A DNA stretch of 64,000 nucleotides from Antedon mediterranea (GCF_964355755.1 NC_092677.1:18622101-18686100); one strand, 5' to 3'. Positions 26,872 through 38,659 are shown, counted from the first letter of the stretch. Notes: generated from the letters alone by a model not told the origin. Translations and numbers: made by a program.

Positions 26872-29490
26872 TTTGCGCATGTTTCTAATGATTATTGGGA
26901 CCGCCCAATCTCTATAACGGTGATGGTTTCTATAATTTTAGTTAACTTTCTGTTCTATATATTATACTTAGTTCAGTCATCATCATCAGTCAAGGTAAAT
27001 CAAATCAATTCGATTTAGATAACACCAGTATAATTGTATCTGGGATCCCGATGTAAACAAACTACTTTTGCATTAATATTAAAATCATTAAAAATACAAT
27101 TGAAAGAGTTTGTTGTTATGATTGATCCATTATTACAAATATTTTACATAGAATATCATGTATATAGATAGTGTATATTTTAATATTTGTGTCAAATATC
27201 ATCTTTGATTTGAAACTTAATTTTTTGTGTTTGATATTTTTTAAATAAATAAATCAATAAAAAAGTGAAGAAAGGCCTTATGATTCTAGAATTCTAACTT
27301 TTATGTGTTTTGTATTAACATTATGATCATTATTATATATTATTTTAGGTACATTAATTTTGTTTGGACAATCTAATGCAACTGCTTTTGCCATATTATT
27401 ATCATCATTTCAAATAATTTGATAGATTAAATAGATTGATTACTAAATCGATATATTACTAGCATTTAAACAGTTTATTAAATAGTGCAGGGGAAGGAAT
27501 CCCGCGATAGATTGATACTGTAATTAGCATACCAAACGTTTAAAGTTAATACAAATAAATATATTAATAATAATTAATTAGGCCTAATAATTAAAAAACA
27601 ATAAAAACACATGATAATGGATACTAATAGAATTATTACACAGTGATATAAAGAATACACAATGAATGTAACTAGTATAGAATACCCTAATAAAATAATT
27701 ATATGAAGCTGTTGTGTCTGAAAAGTCTTGTTTTAAATTGATATGTTTGCATCACAATTGAAATTTATTTATTTAAGATAGCACGTTATATTTATCTTTG
27801 CACGTGTTCACGCATAATACGAAATGACGACAAAAGATAAATAAAGAATAGGTATTAGGTAACACTTTATTGTGTTATATTCCACTTTTTTAATTTACTA
27901 CAACAACCACTATCACTTATTTCTTTCCAAACTGTTGGTTTATTTGTGTAGATACTAATTCATTTCAATATGTCTGGCTGGATACATTTAATTCCTGCCG
28001 TCTTGTTGGTAAATAATGCAAATTAGTATACCATGCAGGCAAATATAATTGTAGTTTAAAATGTGGGTTAAAATACTTCGAAAATATTTCAGGAAATTTA
28101 TATCGGTGTCTACCTTTCTTGTTGAGTCTTTCAAAACGTCTAAATAATATGACTAGAATAATGTATTCTCGTTCATTCATTTCTCTGTATTCTTTAATTA
28201 TAAATCAGGTGGTATAATGTATATGCAAATTAATCATGCTTGATTTAGTTTGCTTGTTACGTAAGAACAAGACAAGAACAAAGAGATATATTTAGAAGCT
28301 TGAAGTGAACTGTTTATAGGCTTACTTGAAGCCTAAAGCCAGCTGATGCCTAGACTTTAGAGGTTCACCTAGATAGCTATATTGTAACTTACTCTAGTAG
28401 AATACACATGCATTATTATGTTCGTAAGCACATTTTTTATATTACTCTTTTACTTTGTATATTATTGATATATTGACAATCAATTGAGCTATCTTACTAT
28501 CCTAACGAACATTTCTTATAAATGAAGGCCTATATTAAATCTTATTACATGTCAACTTGATACATTGCATTGTTTGATTTCACTACATTTATGTTGAGTT
28601 AGTTTAGTAAATCGGATAAACATATCAGACATAGAGATCCCTAATAGTCAGTTTGAACCAGATAAAGTTGATTAATAAAGGTAAAACTTCTTTCAAAGTG
28701 TGTCCATAATAATACAAAATTGAGAGGCCCTTTGAAAAATAGTTCAAATGGTTGAACATATTGTCCGTATTGAATTGCGTGACTTCTTTGTACTAATATT
28801 TCTATAACTTTATCGTCTATGTTTACAGTATATTGTGGTAAAAACCCATTGGGCATATTCCTGTCAACTGTTTGTAATCAATAGAAACAAATTGTTGTAA
28901 TAGTTCGTGGAACTTTACATATTCTTAAATGTTTATGGGCATTGTGTACATTACACGTTAATTTTTATTCTCAGCTGGGTCTCTACATAGGCCTACGACT
29001 GTCTCAGTATCATAGGACTTTTTGGTAATACAACATCTCCTACATAGAACATGTAGCCCTATCGTGTAGGTTAGGTAAAGGGTATGTTCATAATATGTGA
29101 TTGTGTATTACAGATCGTCATGATACCGGAGTAATATAACTACAGAAACAACAATCCAGTGATGATTAACGTGTAAGCAACACCTAACTTTTCTGAAAGC
29201 AATAAGGAATAATTTGAAGATTTTTATTTGTGTGGACAATTCACAATGTTAGCTTTAGTTAATAATTATTCCATCTTGCTTCTTGTTTGACTAGTAATCC
29301 GAGTGCCTTGATTTACTTTTATTATTGGAAATCACACCCAAACGAATCCATAAAAAAAGTTTTAAGATAATCCACTCTCGATGGGTTTTAAAGGTAAGCA
29401 TATTGCACATTAACTGGATTTCTTTTTTAATATGATATACATAATTATAAGTATATGCCTATATTTCATTAATATAGGTATGATTACGTA

Positions 29491-29895
29491 AGTAGTATAT
29501 GGAGTACTTCAGGCCGTAATGTACCCCCAGGGAATATTTCATATTTCTATTGTTTAATTTCCAGGTATTGTAATAATAATTAGTGAAAGGTCACTCTTTG
29601 TACCAGACCCGAATGGAAGGTCATACCCCCAGGGCAGGAGTACTTCAGACCCGAATGGAATGTCATATCCCCAGGGCATATTTCATATTTCTATTGTTTA
29701 ATTTCCAGGTATTGTAATAATAATTAGTGAAAGGTCACTCTTTGTACCAGACCCGAAAGGAATGTCATATCCCTAGGGTATATATTATATTTTCTATTGT
29801 TTAATTTCCTGTTATTGTAATATTAATTAGCGAAAGGTCATTCTTTGTTAGAGAAGGGGGTTTGTTATTTTGGCGGGGTTTCCGTTTTGTCCTGT
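29491..29895 (+). repeat. Left terminal inverted repeat of the Polinton, with internal tandem subunits
   Basis: Inverse of about 45075-45383 (e.g. ATTTCTATTGTTTAATTTCCAGGTATTGTAATAATAATTAGTGAAAGGTCACTCTTTGTACCAGACCCGAA). Confidence 0.88.
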
Positions 29896-30252
29896 GTTAT
29901 ATTCGTAATTAGTAAAGAATTTGTATTTTAAAAAATTAGTGAAAGGTCATTCTTTGTAAGGGGAGGAGTTTTGTTATTTTTTTGCGGGGTTTTTGTTTTG
30001 TTTTGGGCCTGTGTTATATTCGTAATTAGTAAAGAATTTGTATTTAAAAAAAAAAAAAAAAATTAGTGAAAGGTCATTCTTTGTTAGAGAAAGGGGTTTT
30101 TGATTAAAAGCTGTTGTAGTTTTATTTCAAATTTTGTTTATAATTTAGTGTTTCAGTGTTACTTGAATAGGTATTGTTAATTAATTTCCAATCGTGTATA
30201 TATTGTTTGACCACTACAAGGCCTTGAATAATCCTTAACAACTCTCCCAACT

Positions 30253-30728
30253 GTTATTAATTAATCCGTTTACCGACCCCCGTATTTACGGTTGAAGGCT
30301 AGCTCTAATGGTCACTGTTATGGACGGAGTTTCCTAATTATTAAAGATTGTCTGACCAGTCATAATAGTGTAAAGTTCATTGGAAGGTTTAAAAATAATG
30401 TAATTTGTTTTTAATTAGTGAAGGTAATTCTTTGTTTGGGGAGTACTATTGTTATTATTTTGACGATTTATCCATTACAATGATCACCTTTGTTTAGTAT
30501 TAATTAATCCGTCTCAGTGTTTTCGGGTGAAGGCTAAATCTATTGGTCACTATTGTGGGCGGAGCTTCCTAATTATTAAAGAACGTCTGACCAGGGAAGA
30601 GACCAAGCGTAATCGTCTCGAGAAGGTTTATTACTGTTATTAATTAAGCTATTGGTCAATATTGTGGGCGGGGCTTCCTAATTACTAAAGAATGTCTGAC
30701 CAATCGTAATCGTCGCGGGAAGGTTTTA
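30253..30728 (+). promoter_or_regulatory. Three direct repeats carrying CCAAT (ATTGG) and GC-box motifs upstream of pPolB
   Basis: TATTAATTAA...CTA(A/T)TGGTCA...TGGGCGG(A/G)GCTTCCTAATTA.TAAAGA..GTCTGACCA...GAAGGTTT at about 30254, 30498 and 30638; the first copy is the most degenerate. Confidence 0.55.
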
Positions 30729-30814
30729 ATAACCGTGTGTTACTTGTTTAGTTCATCATTCATTTACTAATTCTTCAAAGTTTCGGTACCGATTTTTTTC
30801 TTCAAAGTTTTGCA

Positions 30815-33800
30815 ATGTCTCAATTCGCTTCTTCCTCAACTGATTCTAACGATAGTTTATTTATCGAGTGTCAAAGAGCTGTTGACGCTATAGTTAATCT
30901 GTCGCGTGCTAATAATGTGCCTGACAATGATATCCCAGATGTGGGTTTACTAGAGGATTTTGTGTTTGGAGACCAGGACTTTGATTTACCGGTCAGTCAA
31001 AGTATTTCTGAAACCGGTAGTCTTTCTCTAGGGGATATATGTGATAACGCCATACAGGTTGTTAAAGATCTATCGGAAAGTTTAATAATTGATCACGTAG
31101 AAGTAAGTGTTTTTGTTTAATATATTTTTATCGTAATAATTTTTTCATTACCGTATATAACTCGTAGAGTAGCTTGTGTAAACGAATGTGCTTCTGCGTT
31201 TACAGTACCATCGCGTTTCCTTTCTAATTTTTTAATTTTTTTTTTCTTTAGTATGGTATTGGTGCACACACCAAATGTTTGAAAATGAGGGAATGTGGCG
31301 AGGATAGTGATTCTCAGGAGTCTTCGGTTATTGATGAGGTAACTATCATTTTATTTTCTTTGCTATTGTTGATGCTGTATTACATCGTTTATTTCTATTT
31401 CTTTACCGTTATACTTTTTTATTTCAGCCTGTACCGGTACAATACGGGAAAGGAGCCAACAGGAAAAGACCAAGGATAGCCGAAGAAGAAGAAGTTGACG
31501 ATAATGACAGCGATGAATTGAACCTTGACGAGGTAGATTTGAGTCATTTTTGTAGTATTAACCGCTTAGCTGATAGGTTTAACCAGCGTTTTAACGCCAC
31601 GATTAGCGATTTTTCGGTTAAATTTTTTAATGTAGACCATTTAAGTTTAGAGGTGTTCCTTCCCACTCTATATAGAATTTTCGAACATGTCGTCGATAAT
31701 CTTTGCATTAACGTGCATGTCGACGATATGCTTCGGATAGTTATTCAAGCTGAGGGGTTGGATACACCTATCTCTATTCCTTTTGGTCGGAGGGCCCATC
31801 TGACAGCTGATGTTATTTTTGCAGCCATCATGAAGGTCCTTCAGTCCAAAACGGATATTTTAATTAACAACAAATTTAAGTTTAACGTTCTCCATATGAG
31901 AATGCCTAGGGGTGGGGGTTATAGAAGAAACGGTATCGACAAAATGATTAATGCTAAAAGCATAATTAAGATTAAGAATGATGGTAACGAAACTATCTGC
32001 TGCGCACGCGCAATTGTCACGGGTATTTCTATGCTCGAAGATAAAATTAATAACGTTACTAGGTGGAATAATGTTAGGAAGAGCTATGACCAGCAAAAGA
32101 CAGCCGCCCTTCATTTACTTAGAGATTCGGGGGTTAGGGAGCAAGCTTGCGGCATCGAGGAATTAAAAAAGATGCAATCCAAATTACCTAATTATCAAAT
32201 TATTGTCCTTTCTAAAGACAATTTAAATTCTGTAATTTTTAGCGGCGATTATTGTAAGAAGCAGATTTATCTTTACCATCATTCTAATCATTACGATCTT
32301 ATAACGACTATGACAGGTTTTTTAAAAGTTGTTTATTTTTGTGATAGATGTTTTACAGGGTATAAGCACCAATATTCTCACAAGTGTCAATACACGTGTG
32401 TACTCTGTAAGCATCATGAATGTGACCCTTCTATTAACGTATCTGTAAATAATACTGTAGAGTGTAAAGAGTGCAATAGATTTTTTAAAAACCAGCAATG
32501 TTTCACCAATCATAAAAAATCTCCTGATTCTAAAAAAGTTTCAGTATGTGACAAAATTAAAAATTGTACAACTTGTGATAGGATCATTCAAAAAGATCAC
32601 AACTGTCAAAACCGTTTTTGTAGAATTTGTCGGACTTTCGTTTCATACGATCATCAATGCTACATGGAACCGGTTGTAGCCCCTAAACATACTGAAAAAA
32701 AGTTTAAGAATCAGGAGGACCAAAAAAGGGCTGTCACTAAATATTTCTTTTTTGATTTTGAATGCACGCAAGAAACTGGCGAACACAAACCAAATTTATG
32801 CGTTCTTCAAAAAACTTGTCTTAATTGTATCGATGGTGCTAATGACTCTGCCGAGTGTGACGTGTGTGGGGAGAAATCAATGACTTTTCACGGGGAGACT
32901 GCATGCGTAGATTTCTGCAATTACATTTTTAACGAATACAAATATAATCATAACATTACGTGTATCGCTCACAACCTCCAGGGCTACGATAGTTACTTCG
33001 TGCTCGAGTACCTATACAAAAACTGTATTGTACCAGATATTATTGCACGCGGTGGTAAACCTATTTCAATTAAGGTTAAAGAAACGAGTATCCGATTCAT
33101 TGATTCCCTTTCATTTCTACCCATGTCTCTATCCAAATTACCCAAAACTTTTGGCATCTCCGAGCTAAAAAAAGGTTACTTTCCTCATTATTTCAATACT
33201 TTAGAAAATAAAAATTACGTAGGTCCTTATCCCGATTCTTCCACCTATTCCCCCGATAAAATGACTACTTCAGGCCGAGATTCATTCTTTAAATGGTATA
33301 ATCAGAAAATTGTAACTAATCAAATTTTCAATCTCCAAAAAGAACTCGTCGAGTATTGCATCAGCGATGTGGATATTCTCAGAAAGTGTTGTCTTACTTT
33401 TAGGCATCTTTTTTTGAAAGTAACTACATCGCCGAAAAACCCTCTACTCGGAGGCGTTGACCCCTTTTCAAATAATTTAATGACAATTGCCTCGGCGTGT
33501 AATCACGTCTTTTCTAGAAATTTTTTAAAACCATCCACCATCGCTTTATTTCCTCCATCAGGGTATCTAACAACCGTTAACCATTCTCACTCTAGCATGG
33601 AATGGTTGTGCTACGAGTCGCATAAAAGGGGGGTCTTTATCCATCATGCGAGAAATGGAGGGGAAAAAATGTTTGGGCCTTACTTTGTCGACGGCGCATG
33701 TTTAGAAAACAAAATTATTTTTGAATTTATGGGTTGTTTGTTCCACGGGTGCCAAGATTGTTATAGATCCGATTCCATTAACCCCTTCACTAACGAAACC

Positions 33801-35339
33801 ATGTTGGAATGCTTTGTCAAGACAAGCAAGAAAACACGGTTTCTGAAGGAGCAATTTCCAGATTTTGATTACGTCGAAATTTGGGGACACGAATGGAAAC
33901 GGATCAAACAATCGCTGGCCCCTAACATTAAATCTATCGTCTCCAAAGTTCCTTTCATTAGGAAAACTTTGAATCCAAGAGACGCGTTTTTCGGTGGGAG
34001 GACTAATGCCAGTTGTTTGTTCTATAAGGTAAAACCGGGTGAAGAAATTAATTACATCGATTATACTTCCTTGTACCCTTATGTAAATAAATACGGTACC
34101 TACCCCGTAGGACATCCTGAAATCGATGATCGCAAAGACATGTCCACAGATATCAACGAATATTTCGGTTTGATAAAGTGTACTATCGAAGCGCCTAAAA
34201 ATTTATTCCATCCAGTCTTACCTTATAGATCAAACGGTAAATTAATGTTTGCTCTCTGTAGAACATGCGTCGATTCTCAACAACAAACCGCTTGCAATCA
34301 TTCTGGTACAGATAGAGAATTTACAGGTTCTTGGGCAACGATCGAGGTCGCTAAAGCCGTGGAGGTTGGGTACGAGATACGTAAAGTTCACGTAGTATGG
34401 CACTTTAAAAATAAAAGCGCGTACTCTGCAGATTCTCCCTCGTCCGGTCTATTTGCCTCTTACATTAACACATTTTTAAAATTGAAACAAGAAGCTTCGG
34501 GTTGGCCTGAATGGTGTAAAACGCCCGAAGATAAACAAAAATATATTTCGGACTATCGAACCGTAGAAGGTATCGACTTGAATCATGACGACATTGCGTA
34601 CAATCCTGGGCTTCGATCTCTGGCCAAATTAATGCTAAATAGTTTTTGGGGTAAATTTGGTCAGCGTGAAAATCTCACGAGAATTAAATATACGCAAGAT
34701 CCTAACGAGGTTTACGATATTTTATCGAACCCACGGGTAGTCGTTCATGATCTAAATTTTGTTAATGATGATTTGGCTGAAATAAAATACGAAGACGAGG
34801 AACAATTTGTTGAAGTTAACCGAAAGGTTAACGTTGTCATTGCCGCATTTACCACTGCGCTAGCGCGTTTAAAATTATACGAGCTGTTGGAGAAATTACA
34901 GGAACGTGTCCTGTATTACGATACCGACAGCGTAATCTACGTGTCAAAACCCGGGGTTTGGGACCCTCCCCTGGGCGACTACTTGGGTCAGTTAACGACC
35001 GAGGTCGACCCTAAAGACGGTAAGTACATCGAGTCCTTTGTTTCTGGGGGGGCTAAGAACTACGCCTATAAATTGGATACAGGGAAGACCGTTTGTAAAG
35101 TTAAAGGTTTTACCCTTAATTTTACAAACGCTCAGAAAATTAACTTTGACACCGTCTCCAATATGGTAAGAGGTATTGGTCCTAATACAATTAAGACAGT
35201 TGAGAAGAATCGCATAACGCGCAAGCCAAAAACACGTAAGATAGTCAACGAAACATCGACTAAAGACTATCGAATCGTGTACGATAAAAGAATTATTATC
35301 GAAAATTATCGTACAGTTCCTTACGGTTATGTTTGGTAA
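30815..35339 (+). CDS. Protein-primed family B DNA polymerase (pPolB) with predicted spliced 5' exons (30815-31102, 31252-31338, 31428-35339)
   Basis: Exo motifs FFDFE, AHN.GYD, FIDS, YC.SDV; Pol motifs DYTSLYP, KLMLNSFWGKFGQ, YYDTDS, KNYAY, KVKGF. The long ORF has only a TTG start; GT-AG phase-0 introns join it in frame to ATG 30815. Confidence 0.9.
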
Positions 35340-35454
35340 ATCACTGCAATAAATTTCATCTCTTTTTCTTTTAAAATATAACTTCCTTTTTTTTTTTATA
35401 TATATAAATAATTAATTGTTACTTTTTATGTAATTTCATGCACTCAATTTCCTT

Positions 35455-35850
35455 TATAAATTCGTTTCCTTTTTTGTAGCTTAAGCAAAATATATTTGTA
35501 GTTTTAATGTAAATATTTTTATACATGTTTTTAATCAAATTTTCTTTTAATTTTGTTTATAAAGTCGGTACCGTTTCTCTGTTAGTAGATTAAGTAAATA
35601 TATTTTGTAATTTTAATTTAAATATTTTTTACATTTGAATTCTTATGTCGTTACCGTTTCCTTTTTTTTTGTAGTTTAAGCAAATTATATTTTAAGTTTT
35701 AATGTAAATATTTTTTATACATTTTCAATTTTGTTTATAAAGTTTTTAAAGTCGATACCGTTTCTATTTTTGTAGATAAAGTAAATATATTTTGTAATTT
35801 TAATTTAAATATTTTTTCCTTTTGAATTCTTATATCGTTACCGTTTCAAA
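35455..35850. repeat. AT-rich degenerate tandem repeats between the convergent pPolB and Bcl-2-like genes
   Basis: Repeated (TAC)CGTTTC...TGTAG.TTAAG.AAA.ATATTTT..TTTTAAT.TAAATATTTT units of about 90 bp, arranged as about 190-bp dimers. Confidence 0.6.
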
Positions 35851-36138
35851 TTTATTTTTGTAAATAATTATTTTCTTTATCATAATTTTGTTTTACGAGA
35901 AATAAATGTATACACCGTACTTGTTTATAATATTATATACTTGTCTGTTTCTTAACGTAGACGACGACGATGACGACGACAACAACAACAACAAAAGACA
36001 TGCGTAGTGTTGACTGTATTTTTATTTTATCCTATCCAATATAAATATTGTAATCTCTCCTCTTCCTTGTTTAAATATTTTATTTATCCAATGTCACCAA
36101 ACAGTTTGTTCCAGCAAGGCTATACAAAAGCCTACTAG

Positions 36139-36644
36139 TCAGTCGATCAAGTACCATGCTCTGTTAATTCCTAGCTTCTTACTACACAGAACAAGTTCCT
36201 ATAAATAATAATAATAATAATAATAAATAAAAGATAATATAAAAAAAACTTAATTACTAAAATGAGAATAAAAAGAAATTTACTTACCAAATCACTGTCG
36301 TTACAAAGTTCCAATAAAGAAAACTTTTCCTTCACAAATTCGCAGGATATGCGTTTAACGATTTCTAATTCTAAATCAGTATCACACTGTATCGCAACAC
36401 GTGCGCACACTGAAATTCCTGTCACGAGTCTACCGACGTGTATATTTTGGTCTATCATCATTTCTTTCAACACACTATCCAACGTCTCCGTAGTAATGTC
36501 TTTACACAATGCAATCAAACCATACTTTTTCTCCACCTCGTTACAAAGGCGAATAGTACTATAAAGGATTGGGGAGTCCCACACAACTACCCCCGTTAAT
36601 TTATATTCAATGTACGATAAAGTCAGTTTTTCCAAATCTGCCAT
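36139..36644 (-). CDS. Bcl-2-like protein (putative viral Bcl-2); likely exons 36644-36288 and 36198-36139
   Basis: BH4-like LTLSYIEYKL, BH3-like YSTIRLCNEVEKKY, BH1-like LDSVLKEMMIDQNIHVGRLVTGISVC, recognised by eye; TTG|GTAAGT donor and TTATAG acceptor. Confidence 0.62.
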
Positions 36645-36877
36645 TTCTCTCTCTACTAGTATACAGACGCTAATGACGTTGGAATTGATTTTTTAGGTTT
36701 TGATATACAATCATTTGTTAACGTAATTATCATTATTAAGCTCCTATTGGTTTATAATATCGGCCCTCTCTCTCTCTTTCATTAGTTGACAGTTTTTAAA
36801 ATAGAGTGATGTGGATAAGGAACCCCCCTCGTTATAAAATACCGATATACAAAAGCTATGACTCATTGAAACTGAAG

Positions 36878-37513
36878 ATGACGTGTGTACTGGTAACCCC
36901 CTTCACCGCCGTAATTAGCGGACCGACCTCATCGGGAAAATCATATTTCGTGAAGCAGTTATTGGAAAGTAATTATTTCGACAAGCCGTTCGATGACATC
37001 ACGTGGTGTTATGGGGAATATCAGCCCCTTTTCACCAAACTGAGCGGGTCTATTAACAACATTCAATTTATAGAGGGGATACCTATGGATTCGATAGAAA
37101 CGATGGAACCGTCAAAAAACCATTTAGTAATCATCGATGATTTAATGACCGAGTGTAGCCGCGATAAAAGAGTAGTAAACATGTTTACAAAGGGATCGCA
37201 TCATAGAAACATTTCGGTTATATTCATTATGCAAAACTTTTTTTACGGTTCTAAAGAAATCCGCACCATTACTTTAAACGCTCACTACATAATACTATTT
37301 AAAAACCCTCGGGATAAATCACAAATAGCTAATCTATCTAAACAAATGTACCCCGGTAAAGGACGTTTTTTACAGGAGGCTTTTGAAGACGCTACCCGCG
37401 TACCGTACGGTTTTCTTTTAATCGATCTAAAAGCAAATACCCCTGAGGAAATGAGGGTTAGAAGTAACATATTTTCAAAAACCAATCACTTTGTTTACGT
37501 GCCTAGAATATAA
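36878..37513 (+). CDS. A32/FtsK-like genome packaging ATPase
   Basis: Walker A GPTSSGKS, Walker B LVIIDD, FTKGSHHRNIS, QNFF, YGFLLIDL; first ATG after the TATA/Inr. Confidence 0.93.
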   Translation: MTCVLVTPFTAVISGPTSSGKSYFVKQLLESNYFDKPFDDITWCYGEYQPLFTKLSGSINNIQFIEGIPMDSIETMEPSKNHLVIIDDLMTECSRDKRVVNMFTKGSHHRNISVIFIMQNFFYGSKEIRTITLNAHYIILFKNPRDKSQIANLSKQMYPGKGRFLQEAFEDATRVPYGFLLIDLKANTPEEMRVRSNIFSKTNHFVYVPRI

Positions 37514-37562
37514 AACGCAGCCTGTACCGTTCTATTTATTCATTTACCTATTTACCAACATC

Positions 37563-37889
37563 ATGTCGAAACGTATCAAAAAGAACGCTGAAACTATTCG
37601 TTTCCTAGCCCACTGTTCACCGCGTCAAAGAAAAATTATCTTGGAAAACGCGGACGATCAACTGGTGACGGCTTTGTGCGAATGCGCAATGAATGTTTTA
37701 AAAGGTCGAGTGCAAGTATCCAACGCTCACAAGAAGAAGTTGGTTCGGTACAAGAAACACATGCGTGATATTACCAATAAAAGCATTTCGCCTCTCAAGA
37801 GAAAACGTTTACTTATTCAAAAGGGCGGCTTCCTCGGTCTTATATTACAACCGATTCTACAAACATTGGGTAGTTTACTTTTGAAATAA
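37563..37889 (+). CDS. Small basic conserved Polinton protein (putative core protein)
   Basis: Lys/Arg-rich; LCECAMNVLKG; C-terminal QKGG|FLGLIL protease-site-like motif followed by an amphipathic tail. Confidence 0.75.
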   Translation: MSKRIKKNAETIRFLAHCSPRQRKIILENADDQLVTALCECAMNVLKGRVQVSNAHKKKLVRYKKHMRDITNKSISPLKRKRLLIQKGGFLGLILQPILQTLGSLLLK

Positions 37890-38659
37890 TGCAGCACACC
37901 AAGAAAATGGTATTGATACCACAAGAACTGGCAAATACGGCTCTGTACAGTAAACGTTACGAGAAAAATCACGAGACAATCACTTCTGGTTTAGATAATT
38001 CTATGAAGGGTATACTCGAAAGGGATGACTTGCACGATTACGATAAAATTACCATGTACAGTCAAGTACTTCAACGATATTTAAATAAAGAGAAACCCGT
38101 AAATAACCCTTCACCTATGAGCTTGAACGTACAACAAACGGGGAACGTTGAAATAAACGAAAATGGCGCAGAATCTAAAGAAGATTATACGGACTCTATA
38201 TCTAAAGAAATACTACAAAGTATGCCCTCATCGTTGAAATCCAAAACAAAAACATTTCTGGACCGACTAGACCGTTACCGGAAGATGGGAGTAATTGATT
38301 GGTCAAGATACGGTGAACTACTAATCGAAGGACAAATGGTAAAGGGGAGTAATTTACTAGATTTGACTAAAGATATAATACAAGAAAAGAAAGGATTTGA
38401 ACCTATAGGCTGGAGGGATTTTATAATGGTATTGGCGAAATTGAACACCCCAGAAATTTTGATTGGAAATCCGACGAGACGTCGTACCTTACAAAGAATT
38501 AAATCGAGCGGTATACCTCCTCACGCACTACCTAAACGAAAGAATGAGGAGGATTATGCCCTCGATGACGATGATGATGAGGATGAAAAACTTACCTTTC
38601 GAGCGCCTGCCAAGAGGCGTTCAACTAGACAACCTAAACCTAAATGGTTAAATTTTTAA
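37889..38659 (+). CDS. Conserved Polinton protein of unknown function (PZ-like)
   Basis: KKMVLIP start, W...GEL...G..V.GSNL.DL and P.GW..F...L...N.P...IGN motifs typical of Maverick ORFs; TAATG overlap with the upstream gene. Confidence 0.75.
   Translation: MQHTKKMVLIPQELANTALYSKRYEKNHETITSGLDNSMKGILERDDLHDYDKITMYSQVLQRYLNKEKPVNNPSPMSLNVQQTGNVEINENGAESKEDYTDSISKEILQSMPSSLKSKTKTFLDRLDRYRKMGVIDWSRYGELLIEGQMVKGSNLLDLTKDIIQEKKGFEPIGWRDFIMVLAKLNTPEILIGNPTRRRTLQRIKSSGIPPHALPKRKNEEDYALDDDDDEDEKLTFRAPAKRRSTRQPKPKWLNF

Noticed and set aside
28975-29172. Possible host exons just upstream of the Polinton, which would make the insertion intronic
   Set aside because: Splice-like sites exist, but the frames I read contain stops and no recognisable domain.
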